A stretch of 64,000 nucleotides of DNA from Trichoplax sp. H2 (taxonomy: Eukaryota). The notes under the pieces were generated by a model. That model did no database searches. It was not told the origin of the DNA and was given only the letters and a program-made list of their open reading frames with translations. The stretch spans positions 124,001 through 188,000 of the forward strand of contig NOWV01000032.1 of assembly GCA_003344405.1 (NCBI GenBank), given 5' to 3'. This document shows positions 1-15,000 of the stretch, one piece after another. Numbering within the stretch: position 1 is the stretch's first letter; each line of letters begins with the position of its first letter. A program made the position numbers and the translations under genes.

Positions 1-3000
1 TGATTAACAGAAATGGACGTAAGAAATTGTTTAAGCATTCATTTACGGAATCCATAGCTACAGAGATATGTAAATCTATAATTCATAACTTACTAATTTG
101 CTACTACTTACTAACTTAAGGTACAAAGAACTAAGATTTTACTAAATGAAGCATCATATATTAAGAAATGTACATATTGTATATTAAATTTTAAATCTAG
201 AATTTTTAGAAGATCAGAATTAATAATTGAGTGATGATAACAGTGGCAAAAGTCACCGTATAACAAATCCTGAAATTTATATTTATCTAAAATTAATTAT
301 ATACAAGTATTTATGATTTATTTATATGACGTATTAGAAATCAACAAAATTTCTTATCTGCTTAAGTTAAGATCAACTAAAAATACGATCTAAAGCAAGT
401 TCTCTGCTAAAATACGTTACTGCGCCATTTATAATAACTGCAATAATATATTGAACGTGAATCATAACATTGGGTGTAGCCTTGACGAATCGCTATATAT
501 CATAATTACCCGATATGCTGTACGCATTGGGCAACTACTTCCAAAGCCAAGAGGAGGTGGAATACGACATAACATGGTACACAGCTCTTGATGTTTGATT
601 CTACCGCTAAAGTGTTAAATTTAAATTATGAGTTTAACGTAATAAATGTGAAGTAGATCATAATCTCAATGCAAATTTGTATTAAACATGACTGAGTTAC
701 CTTGCTTCAGGATCAAACTCCGCCCAGGTATGTAAGAAATGATCCAAATGATATGGACCAAGTATAGACTTATCACGTGTTAAATACTTAAAATTATCCA
801 TGATTACAGCCACAAATAAATTCAACATCTGCAAAATTTTCAGAAATAACGAAAATATCGTTGTAGCAATGTATTGTTTTCAAATTAAATTATATACTTA
901 GTCGAAATATATGAAACTATAATATTGTGTATCTGTTATGTTACATGTATTGCAGAATTTTTATCTCTATACGGATAATAATGAATTGAAGTGAGCTAAT
1001 TACCAAAAAAGTAGACAAAAAGACGAATATAACAAAGTATGGATATGCAACATAAGATCCACAGTCGGGAAATTTTGTGGAACATTTTGCTCGACCAGGT
1101 AAACAGGCTAGCATAACTTCAGGCCAGTTTTCACCAGTAGAACATCTATCCGCAAGAAATTTATAATATACAGAAGTTAAGAATGATATTAACATATCCA
1201 CTACTCTTTTCGTATATATTTTAGACAGTAGTCATACTGCTTACAATATTCAACATATACATTTCTATTCCAATATAACGTGAACTATTGAGATAACACT
1301 TTAATAAATATGTCTTTTTATATTAAGCGTATGTATGTATTTTTTTAAAGGAAATCACGGTAAAATAAGGGTGTCCGAATTGCAAGAGTAACAACAAGGA
1401 TAAATAATACTACTTCGTTGCAATTATTTGCAAATACCGTATCACGGTATTTTTTAATTGCGCATATAACCAGCACTGCTAATCGGTAAGGTACGCTAAA
1501 TATTTAAACACTAAAGAGTTGATAGTTCTTACAGTGATTATATCTAAAATCAGACAACTAAATTGTAGTTTTAGAAGTGTTTCACATAAATCGATACCGT
1601 AATTTAGCAACTGCACTATGTTATATCTGTATAGAGTGATGCAATCATACATGATGTAAACCTTCAATATGTATGGAACGAGCATTCGAAACATTAGCAT
1701 CCTATAAGAACTCTACTTGGCATGAATGGATCATTTCTTGAACTACTGAAATGTAGACGTTAACTAAGCAAGCTCTTATATAGCTCTCTTTACCTTACAA
1801 TAAATACAGCCCTTTGTTTATAATTACATCTAGTACGGTTGAAATTAGAGCTAAAACTTGCTATATCTGCGAAGTTTTGATTTCCAATGCAGCTACTGAG
1901 AAAGGATGCTTAACAAGCTACATCTCTATCTTAATTGTAACTCTAAACTACGGCTATTAGTTAAGTAGTACATCTAATCTGTAGATAATTTTACTGCTAT
2001 TCAAATATTAAAGTCATTCATATATTGAACTTAATATCGAAAGTTTAACTATAAGCATACCTAACGAGAACGATTAGCGCTCCGGTAAAAGTTTGAAAAT
2101 TGTTGTAGCGAAAAATGGCTGTAGTAGGATCGGATTGAATTTGTCCAAATAACTTTAAAATAAAATATAATCTATTATTTTAAACTAATAGATATTGATA
2201 ATTCCTAAAACTTTACAGAAATACATATTATACTAACGTCTAGTACATGTGTATTTAGCTGTTACTATGTAGTTGACTAAATTTTTTATTACAATACCTG
2301 CATTCCAAGCACTGCACTTATAAAAAACAACATGCCAATCAAAAGTCCAACGTAAGGCAATGCCTAAGTTAACAAAGGGTATTTATAGTAAGAGATATTA
2401 AAACAAATTATGAGGCGCCTAGAAGATTGTAGATGATTCTATCCGAATATATCTTACCTGAAAGGACTTTAGAAACGTCCATAATAAAACACGTATAGTA
2501 TAACCCTTACGTAATAATTTTATCAAACGGCCGGCTCGAAATAATCGAAAGAAGCTAATACTTACAGTACTTGTCTATAAATATCAAGATATTATATATT
2601 TCAAGAGGAAAAATGATAATAGAAAGTAACTACCTTCATGAGCATTAAAAATTCTACATGATAAAATTGTAAAAATCTAAAAATTTGAAAGTTTAAAACA
2701 TCTACGTAGTAAACATCCTTAATAAGAGTAATTAATACATACACCATTAATACTGGCATAAGTAATGATAATATCTGTCCAGCTACCAATAACGACTATT
2801 AAATCAAATATATTCCACCATTCCTTTATGAAATTCTAAAAAAGGTGTCGAAAAATGCACAGAGATGTTAAAGCAAGCAATAAAGGAATCTCATGGAAAC
2901 TGAGCAAATATATGCATAAATAAAACTATTTTCGTTTCTTTTAGCAGATTAAGTACCGTACGCACATATTCATCGTTAAATATATATATTTTATGACCAT

Positions 3001-6000
3001 AGCGTAATTTATCTAGTATCATAAGAACTTCACCAGAATATCGATAATCTAATTTATAATCGATGTGCCATCAGAAAATGAGCATGAATATTAGCTAGAT
3101 CGATCACTAAAGAAGATACTACTGTAAATTTACTATTGACTTTTCAAAATTTCAATAATACATCACAACTTTTATAGAAAATGCAAATGCAATCAATAGC
3201 CTGCTTTAAATTTACTGAATTTTTTAAATTAACAAATTTAGTGACGGCTACCGGGAAGCTCAGTTCATATCAAAATCATTAAAGCAATAAAATATGTAGA
3301 TTTGCTCACGACAGCACCTTTATGAAACTATTCATAGTTAAAACTGCAATCAAAAGTTGTCATGCAGTGTTTATACTTTGCTCATACTTACCCTTGGTGA
3401 GAAAGCAATAACTTTCAATAACATTTCAACAGTGAACAGGATTGTAACCGTAATGTTAATTATTTGAAGCATATCTTTGTAGTCTTTGCTTTGGCCATTA
3501 TACTAATAATTGGCAATAATTTTATTCAATGAGAATCAGAAATTCCAATCAAAAATAAAATATATAGTTTAAATTCGTAGGGAAAAGCCTAAGTGAGACA
3601 TACCTCCATCATTAGCACTATAGTATTTACAATAATCAAGACCATAATTATGAATTCAAATGGCGTTGATGTTACTATTCGCCAAACTTTATAAGCGTAA
3701 GATTTTTTATCTTTAGGCATGTGGCGATGGATTGGCTTAGCATTTAAAGCAAATTCGATGCAATCACGCTAAAATTATATCATTTCAGTAATTATTACAG
3801 GTACTAGCAGTCAGTCAATTAAAGTTAGGTTATAAAATTAAAGGATGCATTAGGCCTAAATTTATTTGCTGCATCTATGCCGCTAAACGTATGGTTAACA
3901 ATTAATTAACTAAAGAATAACAAGCAATACATAATACCTATGAATATAATAACGTACCTGATTTCGATTTAGCTGATAGTTAGCGATGTCTTTATCACCT
4001 TCTTCTTGAAAGGTTACGATTATTAAGGCCACAAAGATGTTTATGAAGAAAAAGGGGAATACAACGATATAAATACAGAAATATAATGCAACTGCCAAAT
4101 TATAATCTCGCATTGGTCCTTCATTTTCATTAGTTGCATCAATAGACCAATATAATATCCTGAAAATAACGTAAGATATAATATTCAATAATATATATAT
4201 ATTAAATCATTTAACTCTTATTTTCTTAATATCAAGATATTATTATCTGCAACCATCAATCTCTTAAAACTATATCAATCTTGGATTATATTATAAGCGA
4301 GAAAAAGTTGTAATATATCTGTTATTTATTGTAATTACTAATATTTGCATTAGTCAATGCAGTATATCGTATTGTTGCACTTGCCTTGGCCAACCTTCCG
4401 CTGTTGACATGGTGAAAAGTGTTAACATAGCGCGTGGTAAATCATCAAAATTATAAGGATGTTGTTCCCATCGACGTTCTAGAACCTGATGAAGGACGCT
4501 TTTATTACATTATCTACATAATTCGAAAATCGTCCTGCATTCGAACTAAGTTGCATAGCAAATTTTGTATCGCTTATGCAATAACTTACTTCTACGTTAT
4601 AAACGTGGCCGTCAGTATAATGATAATAATTTCCCCTGAAATAAGAAAAATTGAATACCGACACATATCTGCTCAGTATACTGTCTATATCCGCCTTTTT
4701 AATACACAACTATACACTAACAATTAGCTTTTTTTAAACTAAACTGTGATAACTATAAAATTCCCACTGCAGATTATCTATAGTTATAAAGTACAGCAAA
4801 CTATTAATTAAATCACTTCTATCTGCACAAGTAGTAAACAAAAAATCAGTCATCGTATTTGTATCTTACATACCGATCATCGGTATTACACACTTATGAT
4901 CAAATAGCTACTCTCGTATCTATATAAATCACTATTTTGTTATTGGCTAGATCACAAGATTAATTGTTTTTTTAAATAGTTGGAGAGGTAAGATATTTAC
5001 CTGCATTGACTTTTAGTATGTTTCGTTTGATCCGTGCAGTAGTGAAATTTACCCTAAAATGTTTCAAATTTAAATTCAGCGTTGCATTGATATAGCAGCT
5101 ACCTAGCTATGAAACTATCCATATCCAATAAGAGTATTATCAAAGTACTAATTTAAAGCTATACAAATGATTTAAACCACATTAAGTAGTTAACAAGTAA
5201 AAATTTCAATAGTACGGTACCTTAAATAACTGAACGCCAATCACGGCGAACATGAATAGGAATAGCAACATCACAATACAAACATTGAGAACGTTCTTCA
5301 GGGAATTGACCATACATTGAAAGCAGGCCTGTAAAAGATTGAATTATTAACATTGTTAATGAGTATATTAGGGCTGTCCAAAGAAAAGGTAATTAAATAA
5401 TTGCATTTATTGGTATTAATTATTAGAAATGACTGCGATATTGGTATAGAAATAGAATCTTAGATAACTTTGTGATGCAAAATATCAGCTAAGCAATCAT
5501 TATGAAACTGCAATTGACCATTAATAATGCATATTAAACATTATCGCCTCACCAGTAGCTTCTTGGCAGTTCTAATCGCTTTAAGCGGCCGTAGTACCCT
5601 CAAAGTTCGAATTGCTTTAATAGCTGATATATTTCGATTAGACTGATTCTCCACCCTTTTAGAATTCATTAAAGGATTGCATCAATCTCATAATGCACGT
5701 TTGTAATATTAATCCTGCAGAAAATAAATCTCCTGATACTTATTGAATAAGAAAAATTCGTACCCGATTTCAAAGTAAATGAACGATGTTACTGCAGTAA
5801 CAACAACGATCATATCTAAAATATTCCACAAATTTCTGCAGTACGACCCACGATGAAGAATAAATCCAAAATCGACGACCTAAAAGTAATTTGATTCCAA
5901 CATAAATCCAACTGTAATAGTAATTAATAAAGACAAGCAACATTTGCAAGTACTACAATGTATAAATGGAACTCTTATTCTCATAATATTTATACAAATA

Positions 6001-9000
6001 TTCAAATAAGATATTTATAAGATGCAGCCTTGTATATAAATATCTAGGATCCCTGAATTAAACAACAATCGAAATAGTGATTGCAAATGTTGATAAAGTT
6101 TTAGTAAAATTCTATCCTAAAATTTGATCTTAAATGATGGATCGACTTATGGACAATGATAAATTAAATTCTTATATAGGATGAGAAATAGTATTTTCTA
6201 TTACGATAACGAAAAAGTAGGGCGTATTATCAATATCCCATTTATGCGATTTTAATATAGAACTAAGCTTATTTATGGAAACGAAATTTAGTAGTAAGAT
6301 TGATTCGTGGTTCTCAGATCTCACGGAACTTTACCTTAAAAGATATAATTATAATTTTGACTCTATATTACAAGTTGCCATTAAGTGCTTCCATTTAGAT
6401 TATAAGCTGCAGATAATGTACATGTAGATCAGAATTACCTTCAAAATTAATTCAATTAAAAATATCCCGGTAAATATTGAATCAAATATTCTTAAAACCT
6501 ATAATTTTATCATAGAGTCACAAAATGATGTGTAAGTAGAGGCGAATTTAATACTGGAATTAGATAAGAAAAATTTGACGCATCATTAGCCAGCGGCCTC
6601 AAAATTAAATTAATACTATTTAAAACAATTTTTACATAATTTAGGACGGGATCTTCATTCATAGGATCCTCAACAGCCAGTAGCCCACTGCTTATAATAA
6701 TTGCTGCGATCATAAAATTTTCAAAGTGCCTTAAATGGACAATATAATGACAAAACCTTCTGAACCTAAAAGAAATTGAAAAAGAAGTAAAATATTAAAA
6801 TAGGGTCAGATATTTTAGGGTGGTATAACGATTACTTTAATAAAAATCTCATTTCTAACTTAGTTTAATCTAGATTTTGCTGGTAAATAATGATATTGTA
6901 AACAAAATATTGATTTTGAGACGTAAAATTATTAAGTTGATAAGTAGTTATAATTATTATTATTACTCAGTAGTTGAGTAATTGTACAGCGTACTGAATA
7001 GTAGAAGAGAAATAAAAGCTACCATTCTTAGCTCATTTTACGGTAAAAAGACAACCATACTGATGATTTAAAAGAATTTTTGATAGACACCGTTTAAGCA
7101 TAATTTTTAATTCGTAATTATTGGTAGATAGAGTTGACACTGCGTATAGCTATTGTTGCCGTTGTAGTATTTTAATAAACACTGACCTATTTTGAGGCGA
7201 AAATATGAATAGCGAATTAACTTGCAAGATTGGTACATTTTGTGCGAAGATTTCTTTTCCTATAATTAGCTCAGGTTCCTGATGAGCATCCTGAAAGTTC
7301 ATTTTTGTGCTGCCAAGTCTTTTTTGTCGAAAATTAGGCTCTATGGAAGATCGTTTATTATTTATAAAATAAATTGATAAAAGTGGTTAGAAAATCAGAA
7401 TGGTTGTGCATTTTTGCACTACGATTCATTTCATAAATAATTTTATAGACCAAATGCTTAAGTATCCGGATAGATGACCAGTTCAGAAGCATTAAAATTT
7501 ATTTAATTATGATCTAACGTATCATATATGAATTAGAGGATAAAACTCATATATAGCTGTTTATACAGCGATAAAATTTAAAATTATACTTATGCATGTT
7601 CATGTCTAAACTTATATTACCTTCATCATCGTTCTCATTACCAGGATTTTCAATGTCATTAATTTCATCTATTCTTGTCTCTTGTTGAGAAGTATTATTA
7701 TCACAAAATTCAGGAAAAGCGTTATCGTCATTGATAGACGGTGAAGACGGCATGGGAATTCTTAACGTACTTCTCCTGCTCCTATAATTCCAAAGTAATA
7801 AAGGCTGTTATAGTTTTCGTTATGATTTTTGTGTCATTACATAGCAATATTAAGTTGAATGTATGACTGAATGAATAATCATTTTTGCATGAATATAATT
7901 TTCAACTTTAAAATCAGCTACTGCATTATAAATTTATTTACGCTTTAAATTAAAACTGAGTTTTAATATGTGACTTTGAAATTTGCTAATACTCTCATAC
8001 CTTTGATTTGATCGTCCGTCTGTAGATGCTATAGACAGTGTTCTAATACTTTCTCGTGGTCTATCATCTGTACCATATTGCCCATCACCCAAAGCTGATT
8101 GACAGCCAGAATCTTTCGAGTAATTTTTGCGCTTTATGGACAAGCGCTTTTGCAGCATAATTTCTTCGTCTTCATCTTTACTTATTTCCTGTGCTTTCGT
8201 TAAATTATCAACTGCAATGGCCAAGAATACGTTTAATAGGGTATCTGTAGGTTTCAGTGAGATTGCAGATTTTAAAGTTTTACAGTTAAGGGCAACAAGA
8301 TTCTCGAGTTTGAGTTCATAAGTAATAGTTTCATATTATGTTTCTATAATTGTTGCCAAGTATAACATGAATCTACAGTTAACTATTAATAAATTATCAA
8401 GCAGTAACACGTATAAAATCTGGATACAATTTCCCAAACAGACAAGGACCACAAAGTAAAGGGAGACTGCATAGCTAACGAATTCGCCAGAGCTTCGATA
8501 GGCTCTGATACCATTATACATTACTTCATTCCAGTCCTCACCGGAAAGCACCTAAATCAATCATATAAGTAAAGCAACATTATAATATCGATCTTGGATA
8601 TTAATATTATATGCAATTAAAGCATTTCTGAATAATACCTGGAACACAGATAAAACTGCGTGACCAAAATCGTTAAAATTACTTCTTGGTACACCTTCTG
8701 CAAAATTAAATCTAATGCAAAGAGGATTGTAAGATAGGTAAAAGAAACAAAATGAAAGTAGTATCTAAAATTAGTTGATATAAACAATTCCACTATAACA
8801 ATGTCTTGTAACGTTAGGCCGAGACAGTGTGTTGTTATACAAATATCATAAAATGTCACCGTATCAGTTTTTTAATTAACTGAAATAGATATATAGCAGC
8901 ATAATTTACCTTCCACCAAATAATTGCATTCCAAGTAATGCAAAAACCATGATACAAAGTCCAATCAAGAAAAGTAAACTCAATATGGATCTTAGACTGC

Positions 9001-12000
9001 TAATTAACGAGGCTACTAAGTTACTTAGCGACTTCCAATGCCTAGATTAAATCAAAATAAGAGAAATTGAAGGATGATCTTCTTTTGCTAATCCAGTACC
9101 AATTGTCCTTTTATTACATCTCATACATTCATTAACTATTTTTACTTCATCTTTACGCAGCTATACTCACTTTGTTATTTCAAATATTCTTAGCAAGCGA
9201 ATACATCGAAATACACTAATGCCAAGCTTCGGTCCACCAACGCTCCTAACTATAAGTTCAGCTATGCTGGCGATAACCACCTAATGATGCAACCATGGCG
9301 AAAATGTCTTAGTTAAGAAATAAACTTAAAATATAACTTATATTTTATATCCTTTTAGTACAATGTGTTGAAAGTTGAATTCATTCATAATTGACGCTTT
9401 ACATGACAAATGCTTAACTATTCATAATTCAGGAGTTGGGATATGAATATTAAATTGCCCACTCAATGAATGTGTAAGCTTTATACTAACAGCAATCTAT
9501 ATTCGTGATTTTTAAGACTAATCAACGTTAAATGTCAAAAACTTATTTGCGTCAATTATGCCAACTTGTGAGATTTTTCTCATTATTCGTAAGTTAAATA
9601 AATTACTTATAAGAATGCTCTCATTCAACACGTTGTGATAATAAAGAGAACGGCACGAAGATATGCATTGTATGTGCACCTAGAAATATACACAATCGTA
9701 TATGGCATAATAGTGTAACAGCTTAAACGATATAACTGTAAATTTCGTGTTATACAGAAAACTGGTGCATACATGAGCCAAATTAGAAGCCCTAAATAAT
9801 ATTTAAATTGAAACCTAAAAATAACGAGTTTTTACAAAAACTCATCTCTTAAAACAGAAGCTAGATATAAAACTATATATATTCAGGCTAAATTTTTATA
9901 TTACTAAGTTATAAAATATTAGGGCATTAAAATTATGGCCAAGTTCAATACAAATATTCCATATCGGTACTTTTTGGGGTCTACTTTTATCTTTTCAAGC
10001 ACCTCAACAAACTAGTAATATTGCATGAAATATCATTAGTCTTTTAAGCCTATGATAATATACTACTTAATTTATATCATAATTGATAATTCGGTACACG
10101 ATATGATAATTTTCTATAAAAGTATTTAGGAGATTTGAACTCATAGATTAGATACTAAAGCCTATGGCAAGTAGGTCTCATATTTAGCATATGACCTTAA
10201 TACGGGTGTAGAGAATGGCTTTACTTAGATGACATCTTTAGGCTAGTGGTGTACGACTGAAAGAGCGCATGCAACCTAAGTATATGCACTAAAGATGTGT
10301 AATTGCTATATTTGATAGATTAGTCATGTGATGTTATTATCATCATAATAATAATTACTTGATATATCATAACACCAAATGTGTTATGAGTACCAATATA
10401 TAGATATGTTATGATATAAGAATGACATCGTATTGCTAGCTAGGATTACTAAGTTAATAGATTAATTCTATCCAAAATCCTACTGATAATCCTGCGTAAC
10501 ATCGCATTGATTTTATTTTTGTTATTGATCAATTCTAACAGTATATAAGTAGCTTCGCTATCCCTCTCGACGGAGAGTCCTAAATTAAGATCTGTGGCTT
10601 ATGTACTATTATTATTACTCAAAGTAGAATACCAATAAAGCTGTTATTTAAAAACAAAGAGACTTCGTTACAACGGGATTTCAGTAATCATCAGCAATTG
10701 TATTCATCAAAATTTGACTAAAGTAGTAGCAAAGCTTTCAGCCACGAACGGTATAGTATTCCTTACGATTTGTATTTGATAGATTTTTGTAAGTTGCAGT
10801 AGCTCATAATAAATCAAAATGAAAGAATGATAGATCTTTCATCTAGTGCGCACGATATTTGGAAACTTACCGCAAAATCAAAGCAATTAAATGTTGATGA
10901 GAAGTAAAATACCGCTCCCAAACCATATAATTTTAGGATTAATTCCAAAGTAAATAACGCGACAAACACAATGTTGGTTGCTTCTGTAAGTATTCAAAGT
11001 TAATAAAACAAGAAAAAATTATTCACTATCATCAGTACCGATATCTTTAAGACAGCTATCGCTACTTCTATACGTCTAATGAGTGTTGAAGCAGATTACA
11101 ATTTATGTTTTTAACTTAAGCATCACGGTCACCTCTAAAATCTTTAAGCCATAACGGCTCTCCGCTGTGTTCGGAGGCTATAGTTACTGCATTTAAAAAT
11201 ACTAATAGAATAACTATCCAGAAGAAAGGTCTAGATTTAACGGTCCGACGTATAGCTAATCGAAGAAATTTCTCCGATCTTTGTACCATATGTAAACAGT
11301 TAGCCCTATTAGTACACCGAAAACATTAATAAATCCTGTTCCATTCTGAATTTATCAAGTTATAAAATTTCCATTTCATATAGATTTTAAATCGGAGCAT
11401 TTTTAAATGGTAAACTATTCACACCTTGGAGAATGTGTTGTTGTTGCATAAGCTTTCGTATTTATCGGATTTTCAGATAAAGTGATTTCCGCTAATTCAG
11501 CTACTTGATCCTGCTCTGCAAACTGAAATATCTCTGATCTGGTATCAAAATGTGGAGCTAGATAAAAATGTATAAAGATATGAAGATTGCAATGCAATAA
11601 GAACGAATTGCTGGAAATAAATTTAGCACTGAAATGCCCTTATTTAAGATTCTTTAATTCTTGCAGATTGGTAAAATTTTTTGGTTTATGCGTACAGTTG
11701 CAAATACTCACCCGTTTCTTCATCTTTCAGTCTCTGCTCACCTAAGATTAAATCCTCTATAAAATAGAAAAATTTACCCATATTCGTAAGTAATGCGATT
11801 ATGGAAAATGATAAGTAAAATAACTACTTCAATTCAGTAAAGTTCGCTTAAATAACCTGCTCGACCTATCCATTCTAAATAACCCAAAAAGTCCCTTTCA
11901 ATCTTTCGATTTTCTTGAAATTTCTTGTATTCCCTACGTTTTTCAACTCTATCTCTCTCTTTGGCAAATTCGCTTAAAATTTAAAAATTCCTCTCAGTCA

Positions 12001-15000
12001 TTGTACTATTTAACTTTTTGTAAAGCTTATATGCCAGGTGAGTGGCTGCATGTTATAAGCCCTCACAATTTAAGATGGGCCTAACTGCCTAGCTGAAATT
12101 ATATCTTTCCATTCCTTATTTCAGGACTAATTATAATCCATACTTTAGCAGCAGTTAAAAGTTATACTGAATGGTATGCCGTACTTGCAATACTACTAAT
12201 TTTTACCATTACTGTTACTTACCCGCTCAATACTCCGAGAACAAGATTTAACATAAAAAATGATCCCCAAATTATTAAGGTTAAAAAATAAAACCAGGTG
12301 AAAGTACTACCAACCGCATTATTAGTCTAAATGGTAATATATTAAAGTACATTCATGTGTATTAGATAACAATATTCAAAAAAACATTAAATTCGAGAAT
12401 GATATACTGATAACCTTTACTTTAAACCGTATAATCAACTTTCGTATTATTTTACTTACATCATATAATAGATTTGTCCATCCTTCTAAGCTAATACATT
12501 GGAAGACAGTCAGTAGAGCCATGAAAATATTATCGAAGCCTGTTATTCCATAATTAGGCCCATCATATTTATAATCACAAGTACCAAAAACTTGGTACTG
12601 TGTAGTGTTAATAACGCATCTAAATCCGGCTGATGAATTAGGTTGATTATTGCACGGACTCATGTGATTTTGGGTTAGTAATTGGCCTATGAATGAGCGA
12701 AAATAATCTTTTATCTTCCAGATTGAAGCTATATGCATACACGTATCTGATAATTTGTAATAAATTGCCCATTACGCAAATAGTCACTCAATTCTTATAA
12801 ACTACAGCCTTTGATTTAATCACTATCCTACAACATTGCTATAAAGCAATTATCAAAAGGGCTTAGCCAGACGATACCATATAATGAACGTTATCCACAA
12901 ATTAGTAAAGTTGCTATTGGGATATTTATGCCGTAAATAACATTCAAATCAATGTAAAATGTCTACGATAATAATTTACAATCATGATAAATCTTCTATC
13001 TTTGTTAACAATTATAATTGATCGATCCTCATCAGGTTATAACAAAGGCCTTAGCAAATTATAGTTAAAAATAGTTTTTATCTCAGATCGGTTATTTAAG
13101 AATAGTAAATTTAAGTGGTTATTTAGATTGCACGATATCTTAATTTCAGATATTATTTTAAGTGCTTTGCGTTTACTCGTATATATGCAAATTTTTACAA
13201 CATGAATTTTTGAATGTTGATAGTTTTAAGAAAGCTGTACCATACACGACTGTCATCCAAACATTAATGTGCTTGCAAGTATTAACGTTCAAAACCTGCC
13301 CTCTTATATGTGTGCAACCTCGCTAACAAAGTATAACAAATGGGCAACCACTTAAAATCAATTATGTCTATTTTCGTAACCGCAGAAATGACATGATTTA
13401 ACATGATAAATGATATTGTGTACACGTATGTGACTATTGTAATCAAAACAACTATAATCTATTACACCTATTACACTTCTCCGTAAATGCCTCCGAAGTA
13501 AACAAATGATCTCGAAGGATTGAAAGATATGATTTACTTTTCTATTTCTATATTGCTGTAACTACACATAAAATGAAAGTGCTGCTTTATTTGAGCCAAG
13601 AATAAGATATTGTATGGTAATAATCAGCTTCATTGCTACAAACTGTTACTGATGCAAAAATATCGCATCATTTCCAATTATCATTAATCTTGTAGCAAAT
13701 TTTACTAGTTTTAATCCGTAACGGGTATCATGGTAATACCGAAATAAAATCATTTTCATAGCATTCATGATGTATTGTAGTAAGTAATATCATGTATTAA
13801 AACCTTACACATACCAGTCCGTGGATCACGACAACCAAGATGAAATTTGCCTAAAAAGAATTCCATTCCAATAATAGAGTATATAACAATTACAAATAAA
13901 ACTAACAAGCTGATTTGAAAAAGAGGTCCCATTGCAGTTAAAAGAGATCTTAAGACAATTTGTAAGCCTAACAGAGAATGAAATAGAAATTAGCTATTAA
14001 ATCAATGCAAACTTGAGACATTTCATATAATTATATATAAAACACAGCATTAAAATTATTTAATGGAATCAGGCTGATAAAGGTTTTAACTCACTGGGCA
14101 TGCCAGAAACCAATTTCAATGGACGCAAAACGCGCACAACACGTAAAATTTTAACGTCAATTTCATTTGACGCAGCGTTGATGTAGAAAGCATTAACTAG
14201 CCTATCATGCAAGGGCAGGCAAAGTGATAATATAAGTTAATCATATCATAAATCATAATCGCAAATGAATCTTCCAAAATACTAATAAACTCTTTTAAGA
14301 TCTCTTATCGAAGACGTATTGAAACTCCTAATTTTTCACAGAAAAGGAAATACAGATATGATATATATACATTATGTAAATATTTAAGCTGCAGATGAAT
14401 AAGGTATTGCAGTAAATCTTATTTTTACAGGATAAGTTTATAGTTTAAAATTAGTGGAATAAACACAATGAAACTATTTAGGTATTTGTCTATTCTATAA
14501 TTCTACACATACCCTACAACTACTATGAGGAAATCTAAGATATTCCAACCACTACGTAAGTAAGCCTGTGGATGGAAGAAAAAACCTTTGGCGATAATTT
14601 TCAAAGCAGCTTCAATACAGAATACAACCAAGAAGCCAATTTCAGCATTTCTTTCCTAAAATATTTGTAAGGAAGAACTTATAATTTATCTGGTCTTACT
14701 TTATCAGATTTCAAAAGCGTTATCTTAACAATTGTATTTGATAAGAATAACACAAACATTTTATACTAAACATATTACATTATAACTACACATAGACTAG
14801 TATTCTCTCTTCTATACGTTGGAATACTCAAAAGTAGTATTAGATAGTAGACCAGTCAGGTGTAAACAAATATCTAGACGGATATATCAACACAATAGCT
14901 ATTTAGCATCAGTTATGATAGACATGGAACTTTGAAATTCAATAAAGGGGAAATATAGTAATGATAATGATACATTCAATTGCTAATCTTCAATAATTAA

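Noticed and set aside
10363..10418. Inverted repeats TATATCATAACA/TGTTATGATATA in a Cav2 intron
   Set aside because: Short and AT-rich, with no target duplication or second copy seen, so not enough to call a MITE.
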